64,000 bases of DNA. Origin: Albugo candida. Lineage: Eukaryota. The position numbers were made by a program, and so were the translations under genes. The stretch covers positions 558,001-622,000 of the forward strand of contig JBDOQK010000011.1 in the NCBI GenBank assembly GCA_040437565.1. Direction: 5' to 3'. This document shows, piece by piece, positions 12,601 through 23,382 of the stretch. The notes under the pieces are model-generated. The model was given only the letters and a program-made list of their open reading frames with translations. It was not told where the DNA came from and searched no databases. Every line of letters begins with the position of its first letter. The first letter of the stretch is position 1.

Positions 12601-15600
12601 GATTTTAAAGTATGCGCAACAGCATCATCAAAATGTCATTCACGTCGAGGAGAGTTGGCTTGAGAAACTGCAGGATTGGCAGCAAGCATTGAGACTCTAT
12701 GATGCTAAACTACAAGACGAACGAGACACGGTGACTACGTATGCAACACAAGCTCAAGACTTGTCCAAAACACGGAGATTAGATGTCCAGGTATGTATTG
12801 GTAAGATGAGATGCTTGGAAGCTCTTGGTCAATGGCAAGATCTTGCTGAAATGGCGGCTCAGGTCTGGGATCAAGTACTCCCTTTGCAGCCACACATAAC
12901 ATATCGGCAAAAGAATCAAAAGAGGAAGCAGCAAAGTAAGGCTGCGCGCATTGACGACACCGAGGAAGAAGAGAGTAAAGGAGAACGTTTTCCAGGTGTT
13001 GGTGGTAGCATTGTCGGGTCAAATAGCAGTGTATCCTTACACCCACTTGGTGTACAAGTGGAAGCACATGAGCGTCAGCAAGTAGCACATCGGATTGCTA
13101 TGCTGGGCGCGCAAGCATGCTGGTGCTTGTCTCGTTGGGACGACATGGCGAAGTATGTCGATGAAGCAACAGCGATTTCTTCCCACTCTTCGAGTACTGT
13201 CAATGTACTTCCGACATCGCTTCGTCGACAAGAAAGCACGGCATCCGTCATTGCTGCGACGTATGAAGCTTCCGGGTACTCGCGCTGGCAATTCGAAACG
13301 GATCCGGAAGAATTCCTATTTCGCTCGGTGTTGGCTGTGCATCGTTGCCAATTCGATCAAGCGGCTTTATACATTGACACAACCAGGAAGCTTCTCGATA
13401 CAAAACTCGCAGCATTGGTCGGGGAATCCTATGAGCGCGCATATCGCATTATGATGACACTTCAGCAATTAAGTGAATTGGAAGAGATTATTGCTTATAA
13501 ACAGCTCCGTGAGGAAGACGCTCAGCACTACAAACGACATTTGATCGATATGTGGCATGATCGATTGTTCACGGGTTGTAAGCGAGACGTGAATGTTTGG
13601 CAACAGATACTGGCGATTCGATCGATCATTCTACGTCCCCAAGAGGACATCGAATCCTGGTTGGAATTTGCTTCACTTTGTCGCCAATCTGGGAATCTAT
13701 CGAGATCGCTGGCTGTGTTCACGACAACGCTTGGTGTAGAGGAACAGCAGGGTTTGATGGATCAGCAGTTGACGAAACAAGTCACAGGTCTCTTACCTCG
13801 TTCATCATTACTCGCATCCGGCTATGGCGAAAAGCAAGCAAATCGTGTCGCGTTTGCGTATCTCAAACATTTGTGGGCCGTAGGCGAGAAAGAAAAAGCG
13901 CTCGATGATCTCCATCAGCTCGTACGGTACATTTCAAACATTGCAGGCTCCGCGCCAGTGATCGATGCGTTTGGAGGTGAGGGAGATGCATCTGTGCGAT
14001 ACACGGGTACGAATTCATCAAGGATCATGGATACCCGTACTGTTCTCGGCAATGCAGCTGGATCATTGGATCAGAGTGAGAAGGAGCTAATCGTAAAGTG
14101 TCATCTCAAATTAGCAGAATGGCAATTTACAGTCCACGAACAACAATTGAGTCGCACTTGTCTGTCACGAGTCCTGGCTTCCTTGAAGCTCTGCACAGAT
14201 CTACAACCTCAGAGTTACAAGGCCTGGCACACGTGGGCACTTATGAACTTTTATGTGGTCGATCGCTTCAACTTGCAGTCTGGAATTCCACAACATCGAG
14301 ACAAGGCCGATAAGACAAAGAATAAAGGGACGAGTGCCGGTATCAAAGGAGGTCCAGGACCGTACATTGCGTCTGCTGTTGAAGGATTCTTTCGCTCTGT
14401 CGCGTTAGGTCGAAGTCGCTGGGCAGCCAATGTCCAACAAGATATTCTGCGAGTGTTGACGCTGTGGTTTGCGCATGGCGATCGACCTGAAGTGTATACC
14501 GCGCTGGAACAAGGATTCCAGTCGGTGAGCATTGAAACTTGGCTTATTGTGATTCCCCAACTCATTGCTCGTATCCATACACCTTATCGTAAAATCCAAA
14601 GTCTGCTTCACAACTTATTAAGCACAATTGGAGCACAACATCCACATGCGCTTATCTATCCGCTGTCTGTGGCTTTGAAATCGCCGCTCCAAGTCCGAAG
14701 AGAAGCAGCTGAAGTCATCATGAACACCATGCGGAAGCAGTACAATGAACTGGTCGAAGAAGCGCTTTTAGTAAGTCGAGAACTCATTCGTATTGCGATC
14801 TTATGGCACGAGATGTGGCATGAAGGCTTAGAAGAAGCCTCACGACTATACTTTGGTGAACGCGATGTTGCCGGGATGGTCGAAGTGCTGGAACCGCTTC
14901 ACCAAATGATGGAAAATGGGCCAGAAACCTTACGTGAAGTCAGTTTCCAGCAAGCGTTTGGTCGAGAGCTAAGAGAAGCATATGAATGGCTTCAGCGATT
15001 TCTTGCGGCAAATACGAATACTGGTGGAAAAGTACACAATGAATCAGACTTGAATCGAGCGTGGGACTTGTACTATCACGTGTTTCGACGTATCAATAAA
15101 CAACTGCCGCAGCTGACGACGTTGGAATTGCAGTATGTGTCACCAAACTTGCTATACGCACAACGTCTCCAATTAGCGGTGCCGGGAACCTACAGAGCGG
15201 GTCATTGGACCGTGACAATCGAGAGTTTTGCACCAACTATCCAAGTCATCACATCGAAACAACGACCTCGTCGTGTCACCATTGCTGGCTCGAATGGACT
15301 CGAGTACATGTTCCTTCTCAAAGGACATGAAGATCTCCGTCAGGATGAACGTGTGACTCAACTGTTTGGTCTCGTGAATGCTTTACTGATCAATGATCGT
15401 ACTACTTCGAAAAAAGAGCTTCGGATTCATCGCTATCCCGTCATTCCGCTTTCTCATAACGCTGGCATCGTTGGCTGGGTACCAAATTGCGACACACTTC
15501 ATCAATCGATCCGTAATTATCGGGAAGCACGGAAGATTTTACTCAACATTGAACATCGTTTAATGCTTCAAATGGCGCCAGATTATGACGCATTGACATT

Positions 15601-17194
15601 GCACGAAAAGGTCGAAGTCTTTGAGTACGCGCTGGAGAACACCGCAGGACAAGATCTGTATAAAGTGCTTTGGCTCAAGTCAGAAAACTCTCAGGTTTGG
15701 CTCGATAGGAGGACTAATTATACAAGATCGCTTGCAGTCATGTCGATGGTCGGCTACATTCTCGGGCTCGGAGATCGTCATCCATCCAACCTCATGCTAC
15801 ATCGGTTCACTGGGACGATCGTTCACATCGATTTTGGCGATTGTTTTGAGGTTGCAATGCATCGCGAAAAATATCCGGAGAAAATACCATTTCGACTTAC
15901 GCGAATGCTAACAAATGCGATGGAAGTCAGTGGTATTGAAGGTAATTTTCGCTTCTCCTGTGAGCGAGTGATGCATGTCCTGCGGGAAAATCGACACAGT
16001 CTGATGGCAATGCTGGAAGCATTTGTTCACGACCCACTCATTTGTTGGCGTTTGCTGGCACCTACGACAGTATCTCCGAGTAAAGCGAGTGTTTCATCGT
16101 CTTCTCGGTCGACGTTAGCGGACGAGAAAGCGGGTGGATCAGCAAGAAAAGGAGGTACTGCATGCACCGAATTCAAGCAGCCGCGGGGTGTAGCAGCTGC
16201 AAAGGCCACAAGCAACGATGCACCGTTGACGGCACACATGAGTCACACTGCGGATAAAAGGAAAGTGGAGATGACGCAAAGTCAAATTGTGATGGTACCT
16301 GCGCGCGAAGAGGACGCAATGGTGGAACCGCACGTTGACGACAAACAACTGGTGAATGAGATGAGAGCGATGGAAATCCCGAGCGTTGGAAGGACAGCAA
16401 AAGCACCGTCGAGTAAAGGTATGAAGAACGTCTCAAGTACGAGAACTATCGTATCACCCAGCCTTCCAACCTCTACTTCTCATCTACCGCCCCGACCATC
16501 GGAATCACTACTTTCATCGTCACGACCAATGAGTTTGAGCAAAGCCATTGCATTCATTAGGACACCAGTCACCCAAAGATTTGTGAAAGCTGATGTCGGT
16601 GATCATAACGACGATGGTGGTTGTGTCGAGAAAATTGATCACCGACGTGTCAAGCTACATGAGACGATGTCCAGTCTCGCTGCAAGCATCACTAATGAAG
16701 GTCAAGCGAGTTTGAGGCAACATTTTGCGTCAGTCGCGAACGAAGCATTACAAGCCGTGAATTCGTCCATCCGCGAAGAAGCGAAAGAGAAAAGCGATAA
16801 GGAGATATCGGATGTGGCTATCAACGTATCAAGTGCACTGAATCCTGCCCTGCAACCCCTACAAGACGAAAGCGCCCGGCGACAACAGAATATGCAATCA
16901 GACATTACAGCACCTCAGTCACAAAACTCGAAATCAGTTCATACGAATCGCAGTCACCGTGAACGAGAACTTGTAAATGCATTAGGCCCTGAGGGTGCTG
17001 CTGCTCCACGAGAAGCGCTGAATGAAAAGGCTGTGGCTGTGATTCGACGTGTCCAAGCAAAGTTAACGGGACGGGATTTTGAAGGTGAAGGTGACATTTT
17101 AGACGTTGGCGCTCAAGTGCAGAGACTTATTGATCAAGCAACATCTCATGAGAACCTCTGTCAGTGTTACATCGGCTGGTGTCCATTCTGGTGA
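6698..17194 (+). CDS. TOR: Target of rapamycin kinase (HEAT-FAT-FRB-PI3K-like kinase-FATC), single exon, 3498 aa
   Basis: FRB LWHEMWHEGLEEASRLYF. Kinase motifs LLKGHEDLRQDER, GLGDRHPSN and HIDFGD. FATC end NLCQCYIGWCPFW. Confidence 0.98.
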   Translation: MQTVSANTSLSEREDPLTSILTQFVKRIRVKDAVLREKRAQELAHLIATLSRQLNSETYTKLLAHVAPQLFELLQSPYEHEQLGGLVAINLLIEFATEDHIIRFANYLRHFIAQSAAPKTQQALLIAAKVLGRLASVNTINGNGISGTLVAACVDFEVKRAFEWLQGDRQEPIFSQRRLAACFVLKELARAAPTLFHINLNMFFQSIWGPIRDLRTEIRQAATQALSACLELIALRQTRHRVQWYCKVYDQVFAGLDKSHAIERANFREGNAACSNYAPESISESSTEARTSFRRGVISSGSQSASHHSTSLHSHESRSKHPGLGPPMSWEAAHGSLLVIAEMLKNTGGFMIPRFHQVCETVLLYRDAKNKLVNRTVCLLLPQLASFCPEAFVRHYLEDTVLHLLKQIETCSTIPSSSSLRQAANASRMGLPYHDGLGTSVKSNLAGFSETINVNRYGGSIVGFSERGIAFFALGQLALAVGKIDMCPYLPAILKLVRESLSPYNVTRPNHRGNTASDYGTQWTDESMGLGLGSSNRQTRYKTKNKLFCIETWDCVANLAQCLGEELTPYIHDLMETMLQNELSDILVSALTNIVANVSSALFMVQERLLNEISISLRGVPFFGNEFDELTAQRPRHLKESPALMAQRLRPVSESSTGIWESGNLEPGMDRSKAPSSNPSEQKDSSITSWFSALSKIGSAFNLDDNGFAIHMEDPSSQSSSNLPASTTLCKGETYSERDAILLSLTTLSCFDFYGNFSLLPFTKDCVALYLQSPDPRIRQQAVVTCTKLLIFSAESKVQSRASYETTFAWPRISKRGPSGRVMDTILTRLLQVGLSDTDVNVRLSVLVSFLNASFDEFLCQEQHLNMLLKLLNDEQAVIREHTMQLLDRLAPLNPAFVMPSLRRMLIQLLTELRHAPVPPKDFDLREQSTRLFGQLIRTTQHLVDPYLVPILQVLIPTLVHGSHHTSLASAVLVAVGQLAVVAQRQLEPYVAYLFPIVVYTLQDHGAVDKRQIALQTLGILAGSTGCVVRPYLAFPTLLEKLLALLQHSATSPWQLRQEAMKTIGILGALDPYKYKLCLSGSELLANDQDKISKVSDSAYKDKTKVMAHAGGRNNGKVTFRDDSNAWLMQLEIDLKRLGIPIDTAAFERTARTMDVLDEKQQIEVHLFTAAPVGTRRRLGSVRGKGSQSVPAGRDNDCSVPTSHAPARHSESLPQLYGTDGAEEYISNFDFDGWLASNDHELDPSELSPSSDAYFPTVAIHVLLGILKDPSLGMHHHGVIQAIMFIFKSLSMQCVPFLKYIVPPFLLVLRQSQIKLRETLFLQLTQLIIIVQQHMQPFFPPIVYLALQFWSHHVVEIIRLMEHLAQACNAHEFRHTYLPALLPRIMMELQPPTAVLVGFKDASEQRVPVVAIGQESLGCKTPSTPTIDANVGTNINTTVQNRGALSSSKVGSTSSNAASDHGAVQRLGSALGSVASQHANNALGTISRTNDNSLVITIQTQVVQAIILFREALDDYVYLLVPVMVRLVEHTETALQVKMMIIYAFARICTLIKLEHYLGSRILQPLARVLGQLETRESIFTRAGTTLSSWANNASSTGGRRSGTGNITTTSTGSTTMQTRFKSDPFNVISPTPPEKSGYTAGISSPSARKRSLSTNGTSGSSVYITKWEAKQVSELIIYALIALMYQLQADFLSFHYLADRILTSLPAAPSQPIMALVSRCLQILHQGGVIDKSVLKHACFADSVVQGLHVELDTVLSSSAAAVSAVSTTSSSNGSTGLVYGPNASGASLASFGSQNLRLHVNQQNLRRAWEASQRSTKEDWMEWMRRFSIELLRESPCAALRSCCSLAQAYNPLARALFNSAFVSCWNELYEQYQDYLVRALESAFQSETIPAEILQTLLNLAEFMEHDVEALPIDIRELGALAQKCHAYAKALHYKELEFHTSPSTCIEALISINNQLGLPEAAAGILKYAQQHHQNVIHVEESWLEKLQDWQQALRLYDAKLQDERDTVTTYATQAQDLSKTRRLDVQVCIGKMRCLEALGQWQDLAEMAAQVWDQVLPLQPHITYRQKNQKRKQQSKAARIDDTEEEESKGERFPGVGGSIVGSNSSVSLHPLGVQVEAHERQQVAHRIAMLGAQACWCLSRWDDMAKYVDEATAISSHSSSTVNVLPTSLRRQESTASVIAATYEASGYSRWQFETDPEEFLFRSVLAVHRCQFDQAALYIDTTRKLLDTKLAALVGESYERAYRIMMTLQQLSELEEIIAYKQLREEDAQHYKRHLIDMWHDRLFTGCKRDVNVWQQILAIRSIILRPQEDIESWLEFASLCRQSGNLSRSLAVFTTTLGVEEQQGLMDQQLTKQVTGLLPRSSLLASGYGEKQANRVAFAYLKHLWAVGEKEKALDDLHQLVRYISNIAGSAPVIDAFGGEGDASVRYTGTNSSRIMDTRTVLGNAAGSLDQSEKELIVKCHLKLAEWQFTVHEQQLSRTCLSRVLASLKLCTDLQPQSYKAWHTWALMNFYVVDRFNLQSGIPQHRDKADKTKNKGTSAGIKGGPGPYIASAVEGFFRSVALGRSRWAANVQQDILRVLTLWFAHGDRPEVYTALEQGFQSVSIETWLIVIPQLIARIHTPYRKIQSLLHNLLSTIGAQHPHALIYPLSVALKSPLQVRREAAEVIMNTMRKQYNELVEEALLVSRELIRIAILWHEMWHEGLEEASRLYFGERDVAGMVEVLEPLHQMMENGPETLREVSFQQAFGRELREAYEWLQRFLAANTNTGGKVHNESDLNRAWDLYYHVFRRINKQLPQLTTLELQYVSPNLLYAQRLQLAVPGTYRAGHWTVTIESFAPTIQVITSKQRPRRVTIAGSNGLEYMFLLKGHEDLRQDERVTQLFGLVNALLINDRTTSKKELRIHRYPVIPLSHNAGIVGWVPNCDTLHQSIRNYREARKILLNIEHRLMLQMAPDYDALTLHEKVEVFEYALENTAGQDLYKVLWLKSENSQVWLDRRTNYTRSLAVMSMVGYILGLGDRHPSNLMLHRFTGTIVHIDFGDCFEVAMHREKYPEKIPFRLTRMLTNAMEVSGIEGNFRFSCERVMHVLRENRHSLMAMLEAFVHDPLICWRLLAPTTVSPSKASVSSSSRSTLADEKAGGSARKGGTACTEFKQPRGVAAAKATSNDAPLTAHMSHTADKRKVEMTQSQIVMVPAREEDAMVEPHVDDKQLVNEMRAMEIPSVGRTAKAPSSKGMKNVSSTRTIVSPSLPTSTSHLPPRPSESLLSSSRPMSLSKAIAFIRTPVTQRFVKADVGDHNDDGGCVEKIDHRRVKLHETMSSLAASITNEGQASLRQHFASVANEALQAVNSSIREEAKEKSDKEISDVAINVSSALNPALQPLQDESARRQQNMQSDITAPQSQNSKSVHTNRSHRERELVNALGPEGAAAPREALNEKAVAVIRRVQAKLTGRDFEGEGDILDVGAQVQRLIDQATSHENLCQCYIGWCPFW

Positions 17195-18495
17195 TCGTAT
17201 CGCTCTCAAGTAAAGGCGTACATATAAGGATCACATGGAAGCTTTGAATCTGTCAATTAATAATTCCTGCTGTCGTAATTGTAAATTTATTGATGACACT
17301 TGAAGTCAGAGTTATCGCCTACTTCTTCCTTCCCTCTCGCCTCAAAGCCTCTCCAGCCTGCACCTCCAAATAGATCAGCCGATGATGAGCAACACAGGCT
17401 AGGTCTTGTCTCGGGATATGTTCATCCGAGCTGTGAGATACAGTCTATCGAGAAAGCTGCCTTTGTATGTAATGAATACATTCCACTTGGACATGACACG
17501 AAGAGAGATGACTAGGTAGCTTCACTGTTTACCCGGACGTGTACAATCCTGCTGATCAGACTACATTTCGTAGCTGTCGTCAATTTAAGATATGGAGAGG
17601 CGTCGGTGTACGAGTCGTTGGCAGGTACGTGTGAAATATTGCGACACCGATTTTGATCGAAGGATCAACAAGTGTCACTGCGTGTATACTCCGACTGCTG
17701 CGTAGTCAGAACGCATCAGCTCGGTACGTTCTAGAGCAATGCAAGCTTTCGGCTCCTTTGATTATCCTGCTTGATCTGAAGGATCTGAGATAGCAGTGAA
17801 TGTCGGCCTCTTCTAGAGCTTCTTAATCAATATGTCAGTTTTGCTCATACATGCTAATTATCGTCCGATCCACTCGGATGAATGTATTATGAATCGCCCA
17901 CAATGTTACAGGCTTGGTCAGAACATCGCGGTGGCTTATTGCCCCGTCATAGAGATTCCAACAAAGTTTGTGTTTCCCCGTTTTAATATCAGCAAGGCAT
18001 TGTATAAGTTGGAGAGCACAAATTATCAAGCATTTGCACCAATTTGAAATCCACACTATAGATTTTCCGTAAAAAGGCATAAATATTGCTTAATGTTCTC
18101 TAGCATGCTTTCATGTTTCGGTCAATGTAGTGATGATACCAGAGATATCTATCAGCGGCTCCAGTTGGGACACAAGAAATGACGACCTGTAAGCAACGAC
18201 ATCTTGCTATGGAGAGAGCCCGCCTACCTGTATCCTAGAAGTCTTGATCGACTCACAAAGCATATTTAAGAATTCGCAACATGCATAAGTCGATCCAAGC
18301 GCAGTGGAATGCTTTCAATTATCAGATTTCTAGCTAATGAATGTGCCATTAGATGCATGTAGATTCATGTCGCCGAGTAACACGAACAAAAGAGCTTCAT
18401 GCCTGAAAGCTCAGTTTACCAACAGGGCATTCAAGTACTTCAGACTAATATCATACGACCAAGCTATCGCTCTTTCCTATCTTGGCTTTTTGACG

Positions 18496-21423
18496 CTAGT
18501 ATATAAAGCTAGATAAATTTTTCCTACGCCTGAATACCAAATGATCAAGCAATGCACATGCATCGGTTTTGATTGTAAATGACCTCGTATCCACCGGCAT
18601 GAACTCTTTCTTACCCGAATTATATCGAAAAAATTGACCAATTTCCGAGCTTACCAAAATTGGTGGGGCATTACTCGGTCCATAAGCTATTGCAACCTCA
18701 TTACGATCAAGATGATGCTCATATAACGCTCGAAACTTGAACTCGTTTGCACTCTTTAGTAGCACGATAAAGTGATCAGTACATGACGCTTCGACAACAT
18801 TCAAAACTGCCCTTCTCTCCTTTTCCAGCGCTGCACCAGCTAGAAGAGTAAACTCAATTGCATTTTGTATCAATTGTCGGTTGGATGCCTTCTTTAATCT
18901 TCTTGGAAATATTGTCAATTCTCGTGACGCTCTGATAGATAGAGCTGCTGTTGATTTCTGTCTTAGATATTCCGTATGATTGTGACGTGAGTTTGAACAA
19001 AGCTGCTCATCTTTTGTGTTGTCAACACGATTGTCTAGAGCTCTGTGCTTTGCCTTTCCGGCTCTTTCTTGGGAAGCCAGCTTTTGTTTGCTCAGCTGCG
19101 CAAGACGTTTTGCTCGCAATTCATGTACTCTATTTGCCATTGTACTATTCGTAATCATAGCATCTGCGCTGGAAGACTGTGAGCTTGATTGCGGTAATCG
19201 ACGCTTATCTGCCTCATCGTTTGAGATAATAGTAGGTGCTTTTTCGTCGTGAAATGTAGTGCAGTTTGTTGACATTGGAGAATCAATCGCCCATTTACCA
19301 ATTTTCCCGACTAAACGCGCATTATTATCGCCATTTGACGCCGTGATTTGTAATTCAATGCCTTTTATTCTGTCTGTATCATTAGACATTCTTGTCTCAT
19401 GGTCAAAGAGCCCATTTATCGTATTCGTCACATCGTTACTTTCTTTCTGATGAGATGGATTTGTGGGACCATACTATAGCACATAATCACATCAGGCAAT
19501 TGCGAATAGGTGAGAAAACTCCTCTACCTTGTGATATTCACGAAGAGAGGCCCGTTGTTCAACATGATAGATTACGGGACCGCCTCGTGCATCGAAGCTT
19601 TCGTCAGGCTGTGATAAATGTGACGGATCCAGTAGGTCTGACTTCTGTATGCTGTTGACTGGATCAGCAAAATTGGGAGCGACCTCTACTGACATAGATT
19701 CTACTACTTCATGGGTTTTTCTTTTGATTTTCGACGTTGACGGTGGTTTTTTACGCCGGCCGTAACGATTGCTTCTATCCTCAAGCTTTTTTGACTGGTA
19801 CTCTAATTCCCACCAGACTCGTACTCCAAGTTTGGATCGGTAGTGATCCCTGGCTAGTCGTATGTTTCCAAGGGATCCATTTGAGCTAACTATCTCTGAA
19901 CATTGACTTTCTATACATTCCACTGAAGTCTCTTGCGTAAGCTTACCGACATCACGAGATGCTTCAGATGTAGGCTTGGATTCACTGCTTTCATTAAGCG
20001 TATCTCCTTTTGATATTTCTGAGAGTGAAGTTCGATGGGTATCTCCCGATTGCCTTACAGTCGAAGTATTGTCATCAGGAAGTTGGTAGGAAGCATTATG
20101 GGACTCATGGCTAGTGAGGATCTCTTCACCATTTCCAAGTAGCTCAGTCTGCGAGTTTTCTTTTGTCACAACATTAGACGTTTGTTCGGCTTGATTGAGA
20201 TGCAAACTTGCATCATTTTCCACAAAACGAAAAACAGACTCACCGGAAGCTATTTCTTCTGAAGGAAGCCTCGTATTCTCGTCAAAGTCGTCGACTTCTA
20301 AAGAGTGTACTAATCCCAAAATTTCTTCAGGTTGTTCGCTTTCTGTGATGATTTGATTATTATCATATCCTTCTCCCGTTTTGTCTTTCGTAATTGGTAT
20401 GATATTCAATTCGTTTTGTGAGAGTAATCGTTCGACATTTTGAGCGTCGCTAAACGGAACATTCTCATGATGCAGTGCGAGATCGATTTTGTCCATGGCA
20501 TTGTCTTCTACTCGAAGAGGATTGATGTTCGCTTTTTTACAAGAAAACCGCTGTTGTACTTCATTCAAGTTGTGTACCGGGGTTGGCGGCAACGATCTAT
20601 TGTTTGTGGATAAAGTGTTATTTTCCCAATTCTCTAATCTGATGCTTGGGCTGCAAGTAGTAGGGACGTGTTCATAGATCTCGTGCTGATTCTCAATAGA
20701 ATGATACTCGACATGATCATTATTCGATACAGATTGACACCCACCACTTTCAACCGGTTGCCTTAGATCACTTTCGACGTCTTGATACTTCATATTCCAG
20801 ATTCGAAAGCGCACTTGACTCAGCTCCGCAAGGCTTTCACTTTCCTCCTTGATTCTTTTGTAGACGGTTTCTATATTTTTTAAGACTTTGACTCTACCAG
20901 GACATAAATATAAGAGAAATTTGGACCCATTTGGTTCACAAGAAAGGAAGAAAAACAGTACTGCCACTAGTGATGCTGGTTTATGAGTCCCCTCTGTGTG
21001 AAGTTGAAGAAGGGCATATGATTTGAAAGAGATATCTGATGATATTACTCGTTCCTTTAAGTCATATAGCTTAGCTTTGAGCATTTCCGAGACACTACCA
21101 TTAGAATCCCAAGTGGTGTCCAGGAAATGAATGTTTAGTACTGATTGCGTATGGAACGCAGCTGTATTCTCAATCACAACTCTTTTCATACTCGCAAGAC
21201 AAAACCTTGGGTCTAAATGAAAGTTTTCTTTCATCGATTGCGTTTTGGCGCTGGCGATAGCTTGCCCCAATCTATGAGCTTCGATGACAGTGGGTGATAG
21301 TGACTTTTTGGTAACAAGTTTTTGCACTCGTAGCATTGCATTTTCCTGACCAACCACTAGCTGGCTGCATATTTGCGCCCCAAAGCAAAAACAAGTGTTT
21401 ATTGCTGCGCACAATGACAACAT
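18496..21423 (-). CDS. CKK-domain protein (CAMSAP/Patronin-like microtubule minus-end binder); 5' end uncertain
   Basis: The C-terminus SNRQLIQNAIEFTLLAG...HFIVLLK..FKFRALY...FFRYNSGKKEF...DA matches the CKK domain. GT-AG intron 19447-19527 joins ORF 19492..21423 in frame to ORF 18496..19431. Confidence 0.8.
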
Positions 21424-22036
21424 TTTGTGGTATGTCCCCTCGAAGCTGAGAAATCTATTTCACGATTCGAAAATGATTTATTATAAACACACTACATACG
21501 TGCGTCGAATTAGCTACATCTTGCTCCTCCATCAAACGTGTCTTATATTATAGGCAGCAAATTTTGCACGAACGCAGCGGTTTCAAGTTGGACTTGTGTC
21601 AAGTCCTTCCTCCATCGTCTAGTGCAAGTGTAAGCTTTTCGTCTCCTTACGTGCGTATAAATAAATGCTAATATCACTATCGCTGATCCGCTCATGGAAC
21701 TTCAAACCTTGCATCCTGGCGAGCAACGCGTTAGCTGTGTTGAATTTGTTCGATCTAGCACGCTACATATTTGATTCACAAGGCTCGGACACTAACCGAT
21801 TTTGACCAAGCGTGGTCAGCCGCATATATATATTTAACGTCACGTATTCTCCTTTATTCGCGCCGCTACGCAGTTATATAAGTCTGCTATCAGCCATCTG
21901 ATAAAAGGTGTCAATAAAAGTAGAGGAGTAAAAGGATGATAAAAAATCCCTACGTTTCCTGAAACGATAGATGCTAGAAACGCAATTCAAGATTGGGGGC
22001 ATTGGGGCATCCACGGTGTGTGCGTATGCTGCATTT

Positions 22037-22480
22037 CTTATTAAGTAATCGATGCGGCTTACCATGTCTCTGCAACTCATTGTCAAAAACAGAAGTGTTT
22101 GCAGTTGCTCGATTCATGAGCAAACACATTAGTACATGGATAATCTAAAATCTGGAAACGTGACGAGTACCTAATGATGTAATCTTGCATTGGAACATGA
22201 TGTGCACTNNNNNNNNNNNNNNNNNNNNNNNNNNNNNNNNNNNNNNNNNNNNNNNNNNNNNNNNNNNNNNNNNNNNNNNNNNNNNNNNNNNNNNNNNNNN
22301 NNNNNNNNCTTATTAAGTAATCGATGCGGCTTACCATGTCTCTGCAACTCATTGTCAAAAACAGAAGTGTTTGCAGTTGCTCGATTCATGAGCAAACACA
22401 TTAGTACATGGATAATCTAAAATCTGGAAACGTGACGAGTACCTAATGATGTAATCTTGCATTGGAACATGATGTGCACT
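22037..22480. repeat. Gap-flanking duplication (22037-22208 = 22309-22480)
   Basis: Identical 172 bp on either side of a 100-N gap. Confidence 0.9.
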
Positions 22481-23382
22481 CAACCTTGATCCAGACTCGA
22501 GGTGCCAAGCAGCATGACGTTGACAAAATTCTAACGAGGACCCAGAATGAGTACTCACGCTCTGGCCTTCTCAGAATTGACAACGAACAAGCACGTAAAC
22601 TAAAATACGTTCTCTCAAGTATTCCCCAACAACAGCTTTCTTACTGAGTAATCAACACGATAGAATTCATTTTGTCCAGTGATCTATGTCCCGAACCGCG
22701 CTCTGCTCTACTCTCCTCCAACGACATACCGACACGCATCGAGCTATTTTGCGCCGCCGTCTATTATTATCCTTTATCTCGTCTGTCTTAGACTCGAAAT
22801 TTGCTGCCTCAATTTCCTTATCTATCTGTCTCGTCTCGAGCCATAATCGCTTCGGATACGGCACGCACCGCCTATAATACAAGATTACAAGCTCTCTACT
22901 ACATTTTGGCTTCCCTCTTGTGCCTCCACGAGCTACGATACTTTCGGAAAAATACCCGAGTGTCTGACAGGTATACCTGCACAGTGTGTTACAGACGTAC
23001 GATACTATGAGTTTTCTTGGTCCATGACCAATTGAGTTTCAAAATGCCAAGCCACGCCTCGTGTCACTTCATGCAATCTAAAATTACCACCGCTATCTCA
23101 AGCCATCAACCCAAGGTGGCAAATGTCAAGTCTAATCTATGGATCGCTCCATTTTCGTCGATTCGGATTTGACAATTTTGTGAATTACGATTGACCTCGA
23201 AGATGATGCGGCATTATTGTATCAATTGCTAATTCTCGATGAGTGAGGCTTTCACTTCAAAAATCACTTGCTTATTCCTTTAGATCCGTTGTTTAGATGA
23301 AAGCTTATAGAACAGAAGCATTAAAGTCACGAAAGGAGTAAAGCTGACTTCAAAATCGGATCGACACAAATACTCATCGTAA

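Noticed and set aside
17300..18100. Possible copia RT traces (QDLACVAHH on minus; SKALYKL on plus)
   Set aside because: The matches are short, on opposite strands and have no ordered motif series.
21800..23300. Candidate secreted RxLR/CHxC/CCG effector in gene-sparse DNA
   Set aside because: I found no ORF with a signal peptide plus effector motif.
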